Part shown: piece after piece, positions 26,882 to 36,398 of the stretch
Layout: each line of letters starts with the position of its first letter
Numbering within the stretch: position 1 is the first letter of the stretch
From: Abditibacterium sp.
GTDB lineage: Bacteria > Armatimonadota > Abditibacteriia > Abditibacteriales > Abditibacteriaceae
Direction: 5' to 3'
Assembly (NCBI GenBank): GCA_965199495.1
Contig: CBDASK010000003.1
Coordinates: 3,648,001-3,712,000 of the forward strand
Length of the DNA stretch: 64,000 bases
Notes under the pieces: generated by a model
Told to the model about the DNA's origin: nothing
Seen by the model: only the letters and a program-made list of their open reading frames with translations
Database searches by the model: none
Position numbers and translations under genes: made by a program

Positions 26882-27637
26882 ATGAAAACGCGAATTATCC
26901 TTGCTTTATGTTGCGGCGCCGCTTTGAGTGCGTCCTCTTTAACGTTTGTTGCTCAAGCCAAAGAGGACGATAACCAGCGCAGTTGGCGCGGCGTGGCTAC
27001 GCTCAAGACGCTTGCCAAAAAAGACAAACGGCATGACATTTCGGTGATTTATCCGATTTTTAGCGGTCATCGCGCTGTGGCTCAGGTTGCGGGCCTGAAA
27101 CTAAAACGCGATGCGATTGATAGTTACAACGCGTTCGAGGAAGAATCGCGCGAACCCGATCCCGATTGGAAAAATGACACGCCCGAATATGAACTCGACA
27201 ACGTACCGACGCTGGTGACGAATCTGCCGCACTTTATTTCGGTTTCGGTGATGGACTGGCAATACACCGGTGGCGCGCACGGATTTGGCGGCACGAGCGG
27301 TTATAATTTCGGCATTCCTGCGGGCGCGAGCCGCCCGCGCCAACTGAAATTAGCCGATTTTTTCACCGATGGCGCGGCGTCATCGAAACGCATCAACGAT
27401 TTATTGATGGCGAAATTGCGCGCCACCAAAGACACCGAACAAGAAGCGAGTTTTGTGCTTGATGGCAGCGTGAAATGGGTGGATGTAAATTCGCGAGAAA
27501 ATTTCGTCGCGCACAAAGACGGCTTGCACTGGTTCTTCGCGCCCTACGAAATGGGGCCGTATGCGGCGGGCGAATTTGAAGTGAAACTCAGCCCGCGCGA
27601 GTTAGGGCCGAAGTTTCGCGCGTCGCTGATAAAGTAA
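26882..27637 (+). CDS. Secreted DUF3298/DUF4163 (RsiV/PdaC-like) protein
   Basis: Signal peptide; YTGGAHG, LKLADFF, FFAPYEMGPYAAG. Confidence 0.85.
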   Translation: MKTRIILALCCGAALSASSLTFVAQAKEDDNQRSWRGVATLKTLAKKDKRHDISVIYPIFSGHRAVAQVAGLKLKRDAIDSYNAFEEESREPDPDWKNDTPEYELDNVPTLVTNLPHFISVSVMDWQYTGGAHGFGGTSGYNFGIPAGASRPRQLKLADFFTDGAASSKRINDLLMAKLRATKDTEQEASFVLDGSVKWVDVNSRENFVAHKDGLHWFFAPYEMGPYAAGEFEVKLSPRELGPKFRASLIK

Positions 27638-27650
27638 AATTAAAGGTATC

Positions 27651-28997
27651 ATGGCCAAATCTAAAATTCGCGAAATCGCGCTGATTTCGCTGCCGATTGT
27701 TTTTCTCGGTGGCTTCAGTTGGTGGGCGAACGGGCGCCAACAGCAGCGCGCCGCGCGCGAAAACGGGCCGTATCGCACGCGCTTGGTTTCGATGGAAGAT
27801 GTGCCGCTCACGCCGTTCGAGCGTTGGCAGGGATTTGACAGTAAAGTGCGCATCGTGGCCACCGACGAGGGCAAACCGGATTTGCCCGCGAGCTTCAGAT
27901 GGGGAGGCCGCCGGGAATTGGCCAGTGACATATTTTTGAGCGGTAAAAACGGCGCGAAATTGCCAGTTGCTTCCAATGGTCAGGGCGATATGAGACCCAG
28001 TGCGCGAAATCCAGGGGCGCTGATGCGCATTCTCGATTACGACCGAACGCGCACCGAATCTGAAAATTTAGAACTGACTTTTTTGGCTGATACCAAAGCT
28101 GTCGCTGGCAAGGCGAAGTTGCAAGGCGAAATTCGTTTTGAAATTCCCGTAGGCTTTTGCACAGCGCGTCCCCTGCAAATTGAACGCGATTTGCGCGCCC
28201 AAAATACGCTGATAAATCGCACTGCGCCCCGATTTATTTCGGCGCAAGTCGCGCATTTTTCGCCGCGCGAGACCGCCATCGATCCAACGGGAGACAACGG
28301 CGATACTTTCGTGGAGGCCGCTTTCGATTGCTCGGCCTTGAAAGGGGCGATGCCCAACGCGCACTTCGCTAATGAGATTCTCGAAGATGAGTTCGGTAAA
28401 GAGGTCGAGGAACTCGACGTCAATAGGACAGCCGCAAATCCCGCTGGGCAAATCACTTTTAACGACCGCGTTAAAACTTTCTCGATTCCGGCCAGTCGCG
28501 GGCAAATTACCTTTAAAACCTGGTTTTCCTATTGCGATTCGTGGCCAACTCTGGTTTCGGTTGTCGTGCGCCTGCGCCCGCATACAGCCACGCCTCGTAA
28601 GTTGATGTTGCAAAGCGTTCGTCTGGCGGGTTCAAACGTCGAAGCGCGCGTGCGTTATACGGGCAATTTGCCGCTTGGAACTGAGCAAAGTGCTGTGCGG
28701 CAGGACGTCTCAACGTTTATTGGCGACCGTCCCGCGCCGCGTGCTGCCGGAACTGACCGTTTACTCAGCAATTGGTCGCAACATCTCGAATTCGCGGGCG
28801 GCAAAAAGCAATGGTCGGGACAATATGTCGGCGATGCGCGCGCGCAGTGCAAGCCCGATAATACCTGCGTCGTGACGTATCCCATTCCCGCGATGAAAAG
28901 TTGGCTCCCCGGCCAACGCGCGCGGTTTCGCGCGCAAATCGGTATCGAAGACGACGGCTTTCTCGACATTGATTTGCCGATTGTCAAAGCGAAATAA
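27651..28997 (+). CDS. Membrane-anchored hypothetical protein
   Basis: 448-aa ORF with N-terminal TM; no recognised motif. Confidence 0.65.
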   Translation: MAKSKIREIALISLPIVFLGGFSWWANGRQQQRAARENGPYRTRLVSMEDVPLTPFERWQGFDSKVRIVATDEGKPDLPASFRWGGRRELASDIFLSGKNGAKLPVASNGQGDMRPSARNPGALMRILDYDRTRTESENLELTFLADTKAVAGKAKLQGEIRFEIPVGFCTARPLQIERDLRAQNTLINRTAPRFISAQVAHFSPRETAIDPTGDNGDTFVEAAFDCSALKGAMPNAHFANEILEDEFGKEVEELDVNRTAANPAGQITFNDRVKTFSIPASRGQITFKTWFSYCDSWPTLVSVVVRLRPHTATPRKLMLQSVRLAGSNVEARVRYTGNLPLGTEQSAVRQDVSTFIGDRPAPRAAGTDRLLSNWSQHLEFAGGKKQWSGQYVGDARAQCKPDNTCVVTYPIPAMKSWLPGQRARFRAQIGIEDDGFLDIDLPIVKAK

Positions 28998-29057
28998 GCG
29001 CGGGTTGGGCAAAAATGGGTAATCTATAAAGGGAAATTTTTCCCGGAAATTATTTGT

Positions 29058-30140
29058 ATGAGCAAGCTCCAAGTCGCCGTTATCGGCGCGACCGGCATCG
29101 CTGGTCAACAGTTTTTAGCCGCTTTGCCCGGCCATCCGCAGTTTGAAGTCGTCGCTTTGGCCGCATCCAAACGCAGCGCGGGCAAAACTTATCTCGACGC
29201 GATTCGCAACGAGTCCGGCATGATCGGTTGGTGGTGCGACGAACCGTTGCATCCCAATTATGCCGCGATGAAGGTGCAGGACGCCGCCGAGTTTGACGCG
29301 CAAAGCGTTGACGTGGTTTTCACCGCCGTCGAAAGCGACGCCGCCAAAACCATCGAGCCGATGTATGCAGCCACGACGCCCGTCATCTCGACGGCGAGCG
29401 CGTTTCGCTACTTCGACGATACGCCGATAATTATTCCCGGCGTCAACTCCGATCACGCGAAGTTGCTCGACCGCCAGCGTAAAGAACGCGGTTGGAAAGG
29501 TTTCGTGACGCCGATTCCCAACTGTACCGTCACCGGTTTGGCCGTGACGCTGCGCCCGATACTGGACGCGTTCGGCATCGAAAACGTGATGCTGACTTCG
29601 ATGCAAGCGATGAGCGGCGCCGGGCGCAACGGCGGCGTTCTGGGCATGGACGCTTTGGATAATATCATTCCCTATATCGCGGGCGAAGAAGAAAAAGTGC
29701 AACGCGAAGCGCAGAAGTTGCTGGGCACTTTGAACGGTGGGGAAATCGAAAACGCGCAATTTGGCGTTTCGGCGACTTGCACGCGCGCGGCTGTCATTGA
29801 CGGGCACACCGAAGCGGTCTTCGTGGCGACGGAGAAGCCATGCGACGTGGCTGCTGTGGCCGAGGCGATGCGCGCGTTCGATGGCGGACTGCGCGGTTTG
29901 TATTCGGCGCCCGAACATATTATTTATGTTCACGACGATCCGTTTCGCCCACAGGTGCGGCGCGACCGCGATATGGGCAACGGCATGACGACTGTTGTCG
30001 GACGTTTGCGCGAAGAGAAAATTTTGGGCACGCACGGCATCAAATATGTGTTGGTTTCGCACAACACCAAAATGGGCGCGGCCAAAGGCGCGATTTTGCT
30101 GGGCGAACTGTTGGTGCGCGAGGGAATTATCGGGAATTAG
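29058..30140 (+). CDS. asd: Aspartate-semialdehyde dehydrogenase (archaeal/eukaryotic-like clade)
   Basis: VIGATGIAGQQF, PNCT, MQAMSGAG, NIIPYIAGEEEK, DGHTE, SHNTKMGAA. Confidence 0.95.
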   Translation: MSKLQVAVIGATGIAGQQFLAALPGHPQFEVVALAASKRSAGKTYLDAIRNESGMIGWWCDEPLHPNYAAMKVQDAAEFDAQSVDVVFTAVESDAAKTIEPMYAATTPVISTASAFRYFDDTPIIIPGVNSDHAKLLDRQRKERGWKGFVTPIPNCTVTGLAVTLRPILDAFGIENVMLTSMQAMSGAGRNGGVLGMDALDNIIPYIAGEEEKVQREAQKLLGTLNGGEIENAQFGVSATCTRAAVIDGHTEAVFVATEKPCDVAAVAEAMRAFDGGLRGLYSAPEHIIYVHDDPFRPQVRRDRDMGNGMTTVVGRLREEKILGTHGIKYVLVSHNTKMGAAKGAILLGELLVREGIIGN

Positions 30141-30217
30141 GAATGGAGAAGTTGCGTCTCGCGTTTGTTTTCGCAGATTTCAACTTGTCACTTCCAACTT
30201 CTGTATTCTTATAAGAT

Positions 30218-31231
30218 ATGCCAGAACCTGAAGTCGAACTTTACGACGACCAGCAATATCAAATTTCGAGCAAGGCCAGCGAGCGTCGCTTGGCGGCGGC
30301 ACGTCAGCGCGCGCGGCGCTGGCGGCGCGTGCGCGCCGTTGGAATTGTGGTCGCAGCCCTGCTGGTGACGGGACTTGTTGCGGGCGCCGTCGCGGCGGCG
30401 CGCGCGCCCGATTCCCCGCTCTTAATTGTGACGTGGCCCAAACCCAAGGTCGCGCAGGTTCTGGCGCCTTCGCAAACCGTTTTGGGGCGCGGCGGGCAAC
30501 CGTTCGAGGTCGGCATCACCAATCCCGAAGATTGGCAGGTAACGTGGAAAAGCGGCGCGGCCCAGCAAAAAGAGGGCACATTCAAGTGGGCGCCCGCCGA
30601 AGGGAGCGGCGAACTCAAGGTCAATTGCCATCCCCTCGCGCAGGGTTGGGAACGTTATTTCGGATTTTTGTGGCCCGACCGCGAGATTACACTCGCCAGC
30701 GTGACCGCCAAATCGGGCGGTAATTACGCGCGCCAAATCACGACTGGGGTGGACGGAGTCTGGGTTTATCCGCACATTTTCGCGTTGGGCGCCGTTTCGT
30801 GGGACGAACGCGCTTTGCCGGTGCTGGGGCAAGCCGCCGACCAATTGCCCAAAAACGCGCTCGATGACAAGCTGGCTCCGCTCCGCGCCCAGCCAACCGC
30901 CGGTTTGTGGCAGTTAGTTTCTAACTTCGACGGCAGCGCCGATTTGCCTTCGGAAGACGGCACATTCGCCGCGTTTCACGGCGCGGACATCGAGAATTCT
31001 CTGCCGCAAATCGCCGCGCGCATGGTGAAAATCGCGCCCGATGCCAGCATCAAATTCGTGCTGCGCCTCGACCGCGATCCCTCGCAGGGCATCGTTCGCA
31101 TCGCCTTCGACGGCAAACGTCAACGCCAGGCGTGGGTGCGCGAAAAAGGTCAAGCCGCTGGCAAGCCTTTGACCGGTTGGGAAGACGGTAATTACACGCC
31201 CAAAGCTCCCGAAATTGCGCCCGGCACTTGA
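30218..31231 (+). CDS. Single-TM hypothetical protein
   Basis: 337-aa ORF with basic stretch then TM; normal codon usage. Confidence 0.65.
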   Translation: MPEPEVELYDDQQYQISSKASERRLAAARQRARRWRRVRAVGIVVAALLVTGLVAGAVAAARAPDSPLLIVTWPKPKVAQVLAPSQTVLGRGGQPFEVGITNPEDWQVTWKSGAAQQKEGTFKWAPAEGSGELKVNCHPLAQGWERYFGFLWPDREITLASVTAKSGGNYARQITTGVDGVWVYPHIFALGAVSWDERALPVLGQAADQLPKNALDDKLAPLRAQPTAGLWQLVSNFDGSADLPSEDGTFAAFHGADIENSLPQIAARMVKIAPDASIKFVLRLDRDPSQGIVRIAFDGKRQRQAWVREKGQAAGKPLTGWEDGNYTPKAPEIAPGT

Positions 31232-31338
31232 AATTCATTTCCCACGAAAACACAAAAATCCCAAAGGTTTTGAAGAACTCTATTCGGAAAAAGAAAGTTC
31301 GACAACTTATTTTGCGTTTTCGTGGGAAATGAATTTCA
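31229..31338. repeat. Inverted repeat, family G (TGAAATTCATTTCCCACGAAAAC)
   Basis: About 29-bp arms; the left arm begins with the upstream gene's TGA. Confidence 0.75.
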
Positions 31339-31445
31339 CTCTCATGCTCTCCATTAAAGCGAGCGTTAGGATGAGGGAAACGCTCAAATTTTCTTTGACT
31401 CCATACCATTGCACGCAGCCCCTTAGCTTGTCGCGCAACCTCTCT

Positions 31446-33050
31446 CTAAACCGCGTGCAACTGCGGCCAATCCAATTCGACGCCGTCCGATTTTAAGCGC
31501 GCCTGAAACTCATCCAACAACGGCCCGTTGCGCACGTCACGCGGGCTGGCGTTTTTGTCCAGACAAAACGCCGCAAGCGCGCCCGCCGCTTCGCCGATGT
31601 TCCACTCGACGGGATGCAAACGATAGCAGCCGTTGGTGATGTGCGTGGTGCCGATGTTTTTGCTGGCGGGCAACAAATTCTGCACGCGTTTGGGAATGAG
31701 CGCGCCCAAGGGAATTTGAAACGGCCAACTGCCGACATCAATGTAATTGTCGCCGTCCGAGCCGTCGCCGCTTTTGCCCGTCGAGGGATGCAGATCAATG
31801 CGGTAGCAACCGATGCCGACCGAATCGGCGAATTTACACGCGCCGTCGGGCCGCAATTCCGACGCGACGTGTTGCTCGCAAACCGTAAATTCGGCTTCGA
31901 TTCTCCGGCTTTCGCGAATGTAGGGAGTTTTCGCCAGCCCGTCGCGCGTGCCCACGATGTCGGGACGCAAGCGAATTTCGGGATAGCCGACGCCGTCTCC
32001 GTCGTGACGCGGCGCGGCGGTTTGCATCCAATACAGAAAACTCAGCGAAAGTTGCTTGGCGGCTTGCAAATGTTGCGCGGCTTCCTCGTCCGAAACGCCG
32101 ACTAAAGTGCCCAGCCAATAATCAATTTGCGGCCAGTTCACGAGGGTAATCGAAGCGAAATCGCCCTCGAAATTGTCGGGGCCGAGAATGCGGCGATAAT
32201 TCCACAGCGCTTCCCAATGGTCGCGGCCTTCAATCGGGAACAGCGAGCGTTCGCGCACTTCGAGCGTAATTGGGTGCGTTTGTTTCCAGCCCAAATTATG
32301 ATCGGGCCAGAAATTCGCCCGATAATCGCGCCAAAAATCGTAGTCGGCGGGTTTTTCGATGACGTGATTTTCGCCGGGATGATGCGATACGGCGAAACAC
32401 ACCGAAATGGATTGCTGATTCATTAGTTGCGCTTCGTCGGGCGCGTGCGGCTCGCCGGTTTGCGCGCGCGATTCGGCGCCCATTACAAATTCGACATCGG
32501 CGAGCGGCAGCACGTCGCCCAATTCGGTCGCGTCGAGAAAATAGGGCGCGAGCAAAACCGTTTCTTCGCCATCGCGCGCGCTTTTGACGGTGACCGATGT
32601 AACGTTATCGCCCTCGGTTTGCGCGCTGATGGGCGCGTGTTCGAGCAAAATCGTCAGACGGCCCATCGCCAAATAAGGTTGCAGATGCGCGTTCATCACG
32701 GCCAGAGCGACGCGTGGTTCGTGGCACAAACGCGAAACCCAACCGCCGCCGGGATTGAGTTGCGCATCGGCGCGCGCCGTGGCTGTGAGCGGGTAATAAT
32801 CGCGATAGAACTGGCGCACGTCTTCGCGAAAGCGGCGATAAGACGCGGTGCAACCGAAGTGTTCGATCCACGGGCTTTCGTCGGGCGGCACGGCCTGCGC
32901 GGTAAATTGACCGCCGATCCAATCGGTTTCTTCGGCGAGAATCACGGTTACGCCCGCGCGCAGTGCCGCCAACGCAGCAGCCACGCCGCCCACGCCGCCG
33001 CCGATTATCGCGATGTCGGCGCGCAGTTCTTTCGGATTAGTTCGCATCAT
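31446..33050 (-). CDS. FAD-dependent oxidoreductase
   Basis: IIGGGVGGVAAA, EETDWIGGQ, DATELGD, PYIRESRR, YRLHPVEWNIGEAAG. Confidence 0.88.
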   Translation of the reverse strand: MMRTNPKELRADIAIIGGGVGGVAAALAALRAGVTVILAEETDWIGGQFTAQAVPPDESPWIEHFGCTASYRRFREDVRQFYRDYYPLTATARADAQLNPGGGWVSRLCHEPRVALAVMNAHLQPYLAMGRLTILLEHAPISAQTEGDNVTSVTVKSARDGEETVLLAPYFLDATELGDVLPLADVEFVMGAESRAQTGEPHAPDEAQLMNQQSISVCFAVSHHPGENHVIEKPADYDFWRDYRANFWPDHNLGWKQTHPITLEVRERSLFPIEGRDHWEALWNYRRILGPDNFEGDFASITLVNWPQIDYWLGTLVGVSDEEAAQHLQAAKQLSLSFLYWMQTAAPRHDGDGVGYPEIRLRPDIVGTRDGLAKTPYIRESRRIEAEFTVCEQHVASELRPDGACKFADSVGIGCYRIDLHPSTGKSGDGSDGDNYIDVGSWPFQIPLGALIPKRVQNLLPASKNIGTTHITNGCYRLHPVEWNIGEAAGALAAFCLDKNASPRDVRNGPLLDEFQARLKSDGVELDWPQLHAV

Positions 33051-33095
33051 GCGCCCACAGTTTATAGCGGCGGCAAAATGTCTTGTCAGTGCGTA

Positions 33096-33171
33096 AAAAC
33101 AGAACCCGGAGCGGAAGCGACGCGGCCTATAATATTATAAGCCGCGTCGCTTCCGCTCCGGGTTCTGTTTT
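33096..33171. repeat. Inverted repeat, family F (AACCCGGAGCGGAAGCGACGCGGC)
   Basis: About 31-bp perfect arms around a short AT-rich core. Confidence 0.8.
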
Positions 33172-33214
33172 GGTGCGATTTTTTCTGAATAATCAAGACT
33201 CGATATGGGCCGTT

Positions 33215-34234
33215 CTATCGCAATAGCGGCGCGACTTGCGAACCCAACAGTTCGATTGAACGCAGGAACTGCGCTTGCGTGAGCAACGCCGAATCCATCT
33301 GAAACGTGACGCGCGAGACGCCGCCCAACGCTTCGCTGTGGCGCGCGATTTTGTCGGCGACTTCGGCGGGACTGCCGACCAATAACGCCCCGCGCGGCCC
33401 ACGAACATCGTCGAACTGCGCGCGCGTGACCGGAGGCCAACCGCGCTCGCGGCCAATTTGGGTGAAGGTTTTGGCGTAACCCGGAAAAAAGTCGGCGACC
33501 GCTTGCTCGGTCGTCGGCGCGACGTAGCCCAACGAATGTAAGCCGACTTGGAGCGTTTCGGGTGCGTGACCGGCGCGCGCTCCAGCCTCGCGATAAAGAT
33601 CAATGAGCGGACGGAAACGATGCGTGTGTCCGCCGATAATGGCGACCATGAGCGGCAAACCCAAACGTCCGGCGCGCTCGAACGATTCGGGCGTGCCACC
33701 GACGCCGACCCAGATCGGCAACTGTTTTTGTAGCGGGCGCGGATAGATGCCCTCGCCGTTCAAAGCCGGACGAAAACGGCCCGACCACGTTATGTTTTCG
33801 CTTGCGCGAATGCGCAAAAGTAAGTCGAGTTTTTCCTCGAATAATGCGTCATAATCGCGAAAATCGAGGCCAAACAGCGGGAACGATTCGGAGAACGAAC
33901 CGCGCCCGACCACGATTTCGGCGCGCCCGCCCGAAATCAAATCGAGCGTGGCGAAGTTTTGGAACACGCGCACCGGATCGGCGGCGCTCAAAACGGTGAC
34001 GGCGCTGGCCAAGCGGATATTTTTAGTGCGCGCCGCGCCCGCCGCCAAAATCACGGCGGGCGCCGAATCGAGATATTCGCGCCGGTGATGCTCGCCGATG
34101 CTGAAAATATCCAAACCCGCCGCGTCCGCCACTTCGATGCGCTCGATCAAATCGGCGATGGATTGGCTCGCATCGCTATATCCGCCATGTTCGTCGGGCG
34201 AAACCGCCGCGAAACTGTCAATTCCTATTTCCAT
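33215..34234 (-). CDS. LLM-class flavin-dependent oxidoreductase
   Basis: MEIGIDSF, IGEHHR, LASAVTVLSAADPVRVFQNFATLD, GRGSFSESF. Confidence 0.92.
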   Translation of the reverse strand: MEIGIDSFAAVSPDEHGGYSDASQSIADLIERIEVADAAGLDIFSIGEHHRREYLDSAPAVILAAGAARTKNIRLASAVTVLSAADPVRVFQNFATLDLISGGRAEIVVGRGSFSESFPLFGLDFRDYDALFEEKLDLLLRIRASENITWSGRFRPALNGEGIYPRPLQKQLPIWVGVGGTPESFERAGRLGLPLMVAIIGGHTHRFRPLIDLYREAGARAGHAPETLQVGLHSLGYVAPTTEQAVADFFPGYAKTFTQIGRERGWPPVTRAQFDDVRGPRGALLVGSPAEVADKIARHSEALGGVSRVTFQMDSALLTQAQFLRSIELLGSQVAPLLR

Positions 34235-34254
34235 GATGATTCCCTGGGACTTCC

Positions 34255-34349
34255 GTAGAGACGCCGATTTATCGCGTCTAAAACGTGTGTGAACTCGCAT
34301 AACCTGGCGGTGCCCTAACATTTTAGACGCGATAAATTGGCGTCCCTAC
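34255..34349. repeat. Family A REP doublet
   Basis: GTAGAGACGCCGATTTATCGCGTCTAAAA...TTTTAGACGCGATAAATTGGCGTCCCTAC. Confidence 0.8.
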
Positions 34350-34354
34350 ATGAT

Positions 34355-34957
34355 TTAACTGACCGTTTTCGCCAGTTCACGCGCCTCACGCTTGGACGCG
34401 TCCAAATCATCCTCGCCCGACAGCGTTTTTTCGTCGTAAATATACGAAATATCGGTGATGCCGATCATGCCAAAGATAACTTTGAAATACGGGTCTTGGA
34501 AATTCGCGTGGTGCATCGGCTGACCCGGCTCGTAGCCACCGCCACCGCGCGCGCACAAAATGAACATCTTTTTGCCAGTCGCCAATCCCTGATAATCTTT
34601 GGTGAAGGTGCGACCGACGCGCACGACATTGTCAATGTAGGCTTTGAGCGTCGAAGGAATCGAAAAATTATACATCGGCGCGCCCAGCACAATGATGTCG
34701 GCGGCCAAAAGTTCGTTCACCAACTCGTCGGAAAACGCGATGGCCTGTTTGTTGATGTCGCTACGTTGGTCGGGTGCGGTGTAAGCGGCGGCAATCCACG
34801 CTTCATCAACGTGCGGAACGGGCGCGTGGCCCAAGTCGCGGTAAGCAACCGTCGCGTCGGGATGAGTTTGCTTGAGCTGGTCAACAAAAGCGTGTGTCAG
34901 GGCGCGCGAGTGGCTGCGCTCGCCGCGCGGAGAAGAGTCGATGTGAAGAATGTTCAT
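34355..34957 (-). CDS. azoR: FMN-dependent NADH-azoreductase
   Basis: ILHIDSSPRG..SHSR, APMYNFSIPSTLKAYID, ARGG. Confidence 0.92.
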   Translation of the reverse strand: MNILHIDSSPRGERSHSRALTHAFVDQLKQTHPDATVAYRDLGHAPVPHVDEAWIAAAYTAPDQRSDINKQAIAFSDELVNELLAADIIVLGAPMYNFSIPSTLKAYIDNVVRVGRTFTKDYQGLATGKKMFILCARGGGGYEPGQPMHHANFQDPYFKVIFGMIGITDISYIYDEKTLSGEDDLDASKREARELAKTVS

Positions 34958-34977
34958 AGTATATTTTTGCAAATGAT

Positions 34978-34997
34978 TTATTTGCTTGGGCAAATAA
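34978..34997. promoter_or_regulatory. Candidate MarR operator palindrome
   Basis: TTATTTGC-TTGG-GCAAATAA between divergent azoR and marR. Confidence 0.55.
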
Positions 34998-35050
34998 TGC
35001 AACGGGTAGGAGTTGTCGCGCGTTCCTTAAAAGAGAAAGTCTTTTGAAGG

Positions 35051-35602
35051 ATGACTATGAAAACGGAAAATATACAAATCGGTTGCGGTGAAGCAAAGAG
35101 CGGCTGTGCCAACGAAGGTAGCGAGCCTGCGGGCAGCGGGCTGACGCACGCGCGTCACATGGCGTGGGGTGCGTTGTTACGTGGGCACGCGGTTTTGGTC
35201 GAGCGCGTCGGGCGCGAGGTGAGCGCGTCGGGTGGCGTTTCGTTAGACAGTTACGACGTGATGTTGGCGCTCTCGAACGCGCCCGATGGGCGTTTGAAAA
35301 TGGGCGAATTGGCGTGTCATGTGGTTTTGTCGCGCAGTGGTTTGACGCGTTTGATGGATAGAATGGAAGTCGCCGGTTGGGTGGCGCGCGAACTCGCGGC
35401 CAACGACCGGCGCTCGTTTGAGGCGTATTTGACGCTCGCAGGCGAAGCGGCTTTTCGGGCGACGTGGCCGCTTTATGCGCGCGCCCTCGCCAAAGTTCTG
35501 GCGCCGATTTCGGACGCCGAAGCGCAACAATTGGCCGATTTGCTCGACCGCACGCGCAATGAGGCGACCGGCCAGAGCGGCGGTTGCGACGACGGCAATT
35601 AA
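35051..35602 (+). CDS. MarR-family transcriptional regulator
   Basis: YDVMLAL, LKMGELA, SRSGLTRLMDRME, DRRSFEAYLT. Confidence 0.9.
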   Translation: MTMKTENIQIGCGEAKSGCANEGSEPAGSGLTHARHMAWGALLRGHAVLVERVGREVSASGGVSLDSYDVMLALSNAPDGRLKMGELACHVVLSRSGLTRLMDRMEVAGWVARELAANDRRSFEAYLTLAGEAAFRATWPLYARALAKVLAPISDAEAQQLADLLDRTRNEATGQSGGCDDGN

Positions 35603-35650
35603 CTTAGTGCAAGCCCCAAGAGATATTGTGCAATCCCGGCAGGTCTGAGA

Positions 35651-35732
35651 TTTTGCGGGGCTGACGCCCTCTTCCAATCGGTGGTCTTTCGAGGAACGCA
35701 GCCGATTGGAAGAGGGCGTCAGTTCCGCAAAA
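35651..35732. repeat. Family C inverted repeat
   Basis: TTTTGCGGGGCTGACGCCCTCTTCCAATCGG...CCGATTGGAAGAGGGCGTCAGTTCCGCAAAA. Confidence 0.85.
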
Positions 35733-35780
35733 CGTGACAGTTGCTTTATCACACAATAACTCCTGAGAGATAACATTACC

Positions 35781-36386
35781 ATGAAAATTCTCGGATTGAC
35801 TGGCGATATCGCCTGTGGCAAATCAACCGTCGCACGGTTATTGGTTGAGCGCGGCGCCGCTCATCTCGACGCCGATTTGCAGGTGCGGCAGCTCTACGAA
35901 AATCCCGATTTTGCCGCGCAGTTGGCGGTGCGTTTCGGCGATATTTTATCTGAAAGCGGCGGCGTTGATCGCGCGAAATTAGCGGCGCTGGTTTTCGATA
36001 ATCCGGCGCGTTTGCGCGAACTGGAAAGTTTGGTTCATCCCGCCGTGGCTGCATTGCGGCAACGGCAAATTGCCGAGTTAAAAGCGCGAGGTTGCGAAGT
36101 AGTCGTCGTCGAAGCGGTCAAATTGTTGGAAAGCGGGCAGGGCGCGGGTTGCGACGAGATTTGGTGCGTTATTGCCGCGCCCGTTGTGCAATTGCGTCGT
36201 TTAATCGAGAATCGCAACTTAACGAACGAACAGGCGCGCGCGCGTTTGGCGAATCAGCCGTCGCGCGCCGATAAGACGCGTTTGGCGGGCGAGGTGCCGT
36301 TGGTTTGGGTAGATAACAGCGATTCGCCCGCCGAATTGGAGCGAGTTGTGACGCAGCAATGGAAGCGATTTCGGCAAACGTTTTAA
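35781..36386 (+). CDS. coaE: Dephospho-CoA kinase
   Basis: LGLTGDIACGKSTV, DADLQ, VDRAKLAALVF, LESLVHP. Confidence 0.93.
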   Translation: MKILGLTGDIACGKSTVARLLVERGAAHLDADLQVRQLYENPDFAAQLAVRFGDILSESGGVDRAKLAALVFDNPARLRELESLVHPAVAALRQRQIAELKARGCEVVVVEAVKLLESGQGAGCDEIWCVIAAPVVQLRRLIENRNLTNEQARARLANQPSRADKTRLAGEVPLVWVDNSDSPAELERVVTQQWKRFRQTF

Positions 36387-36398
36387 ACTGATTGCCCC

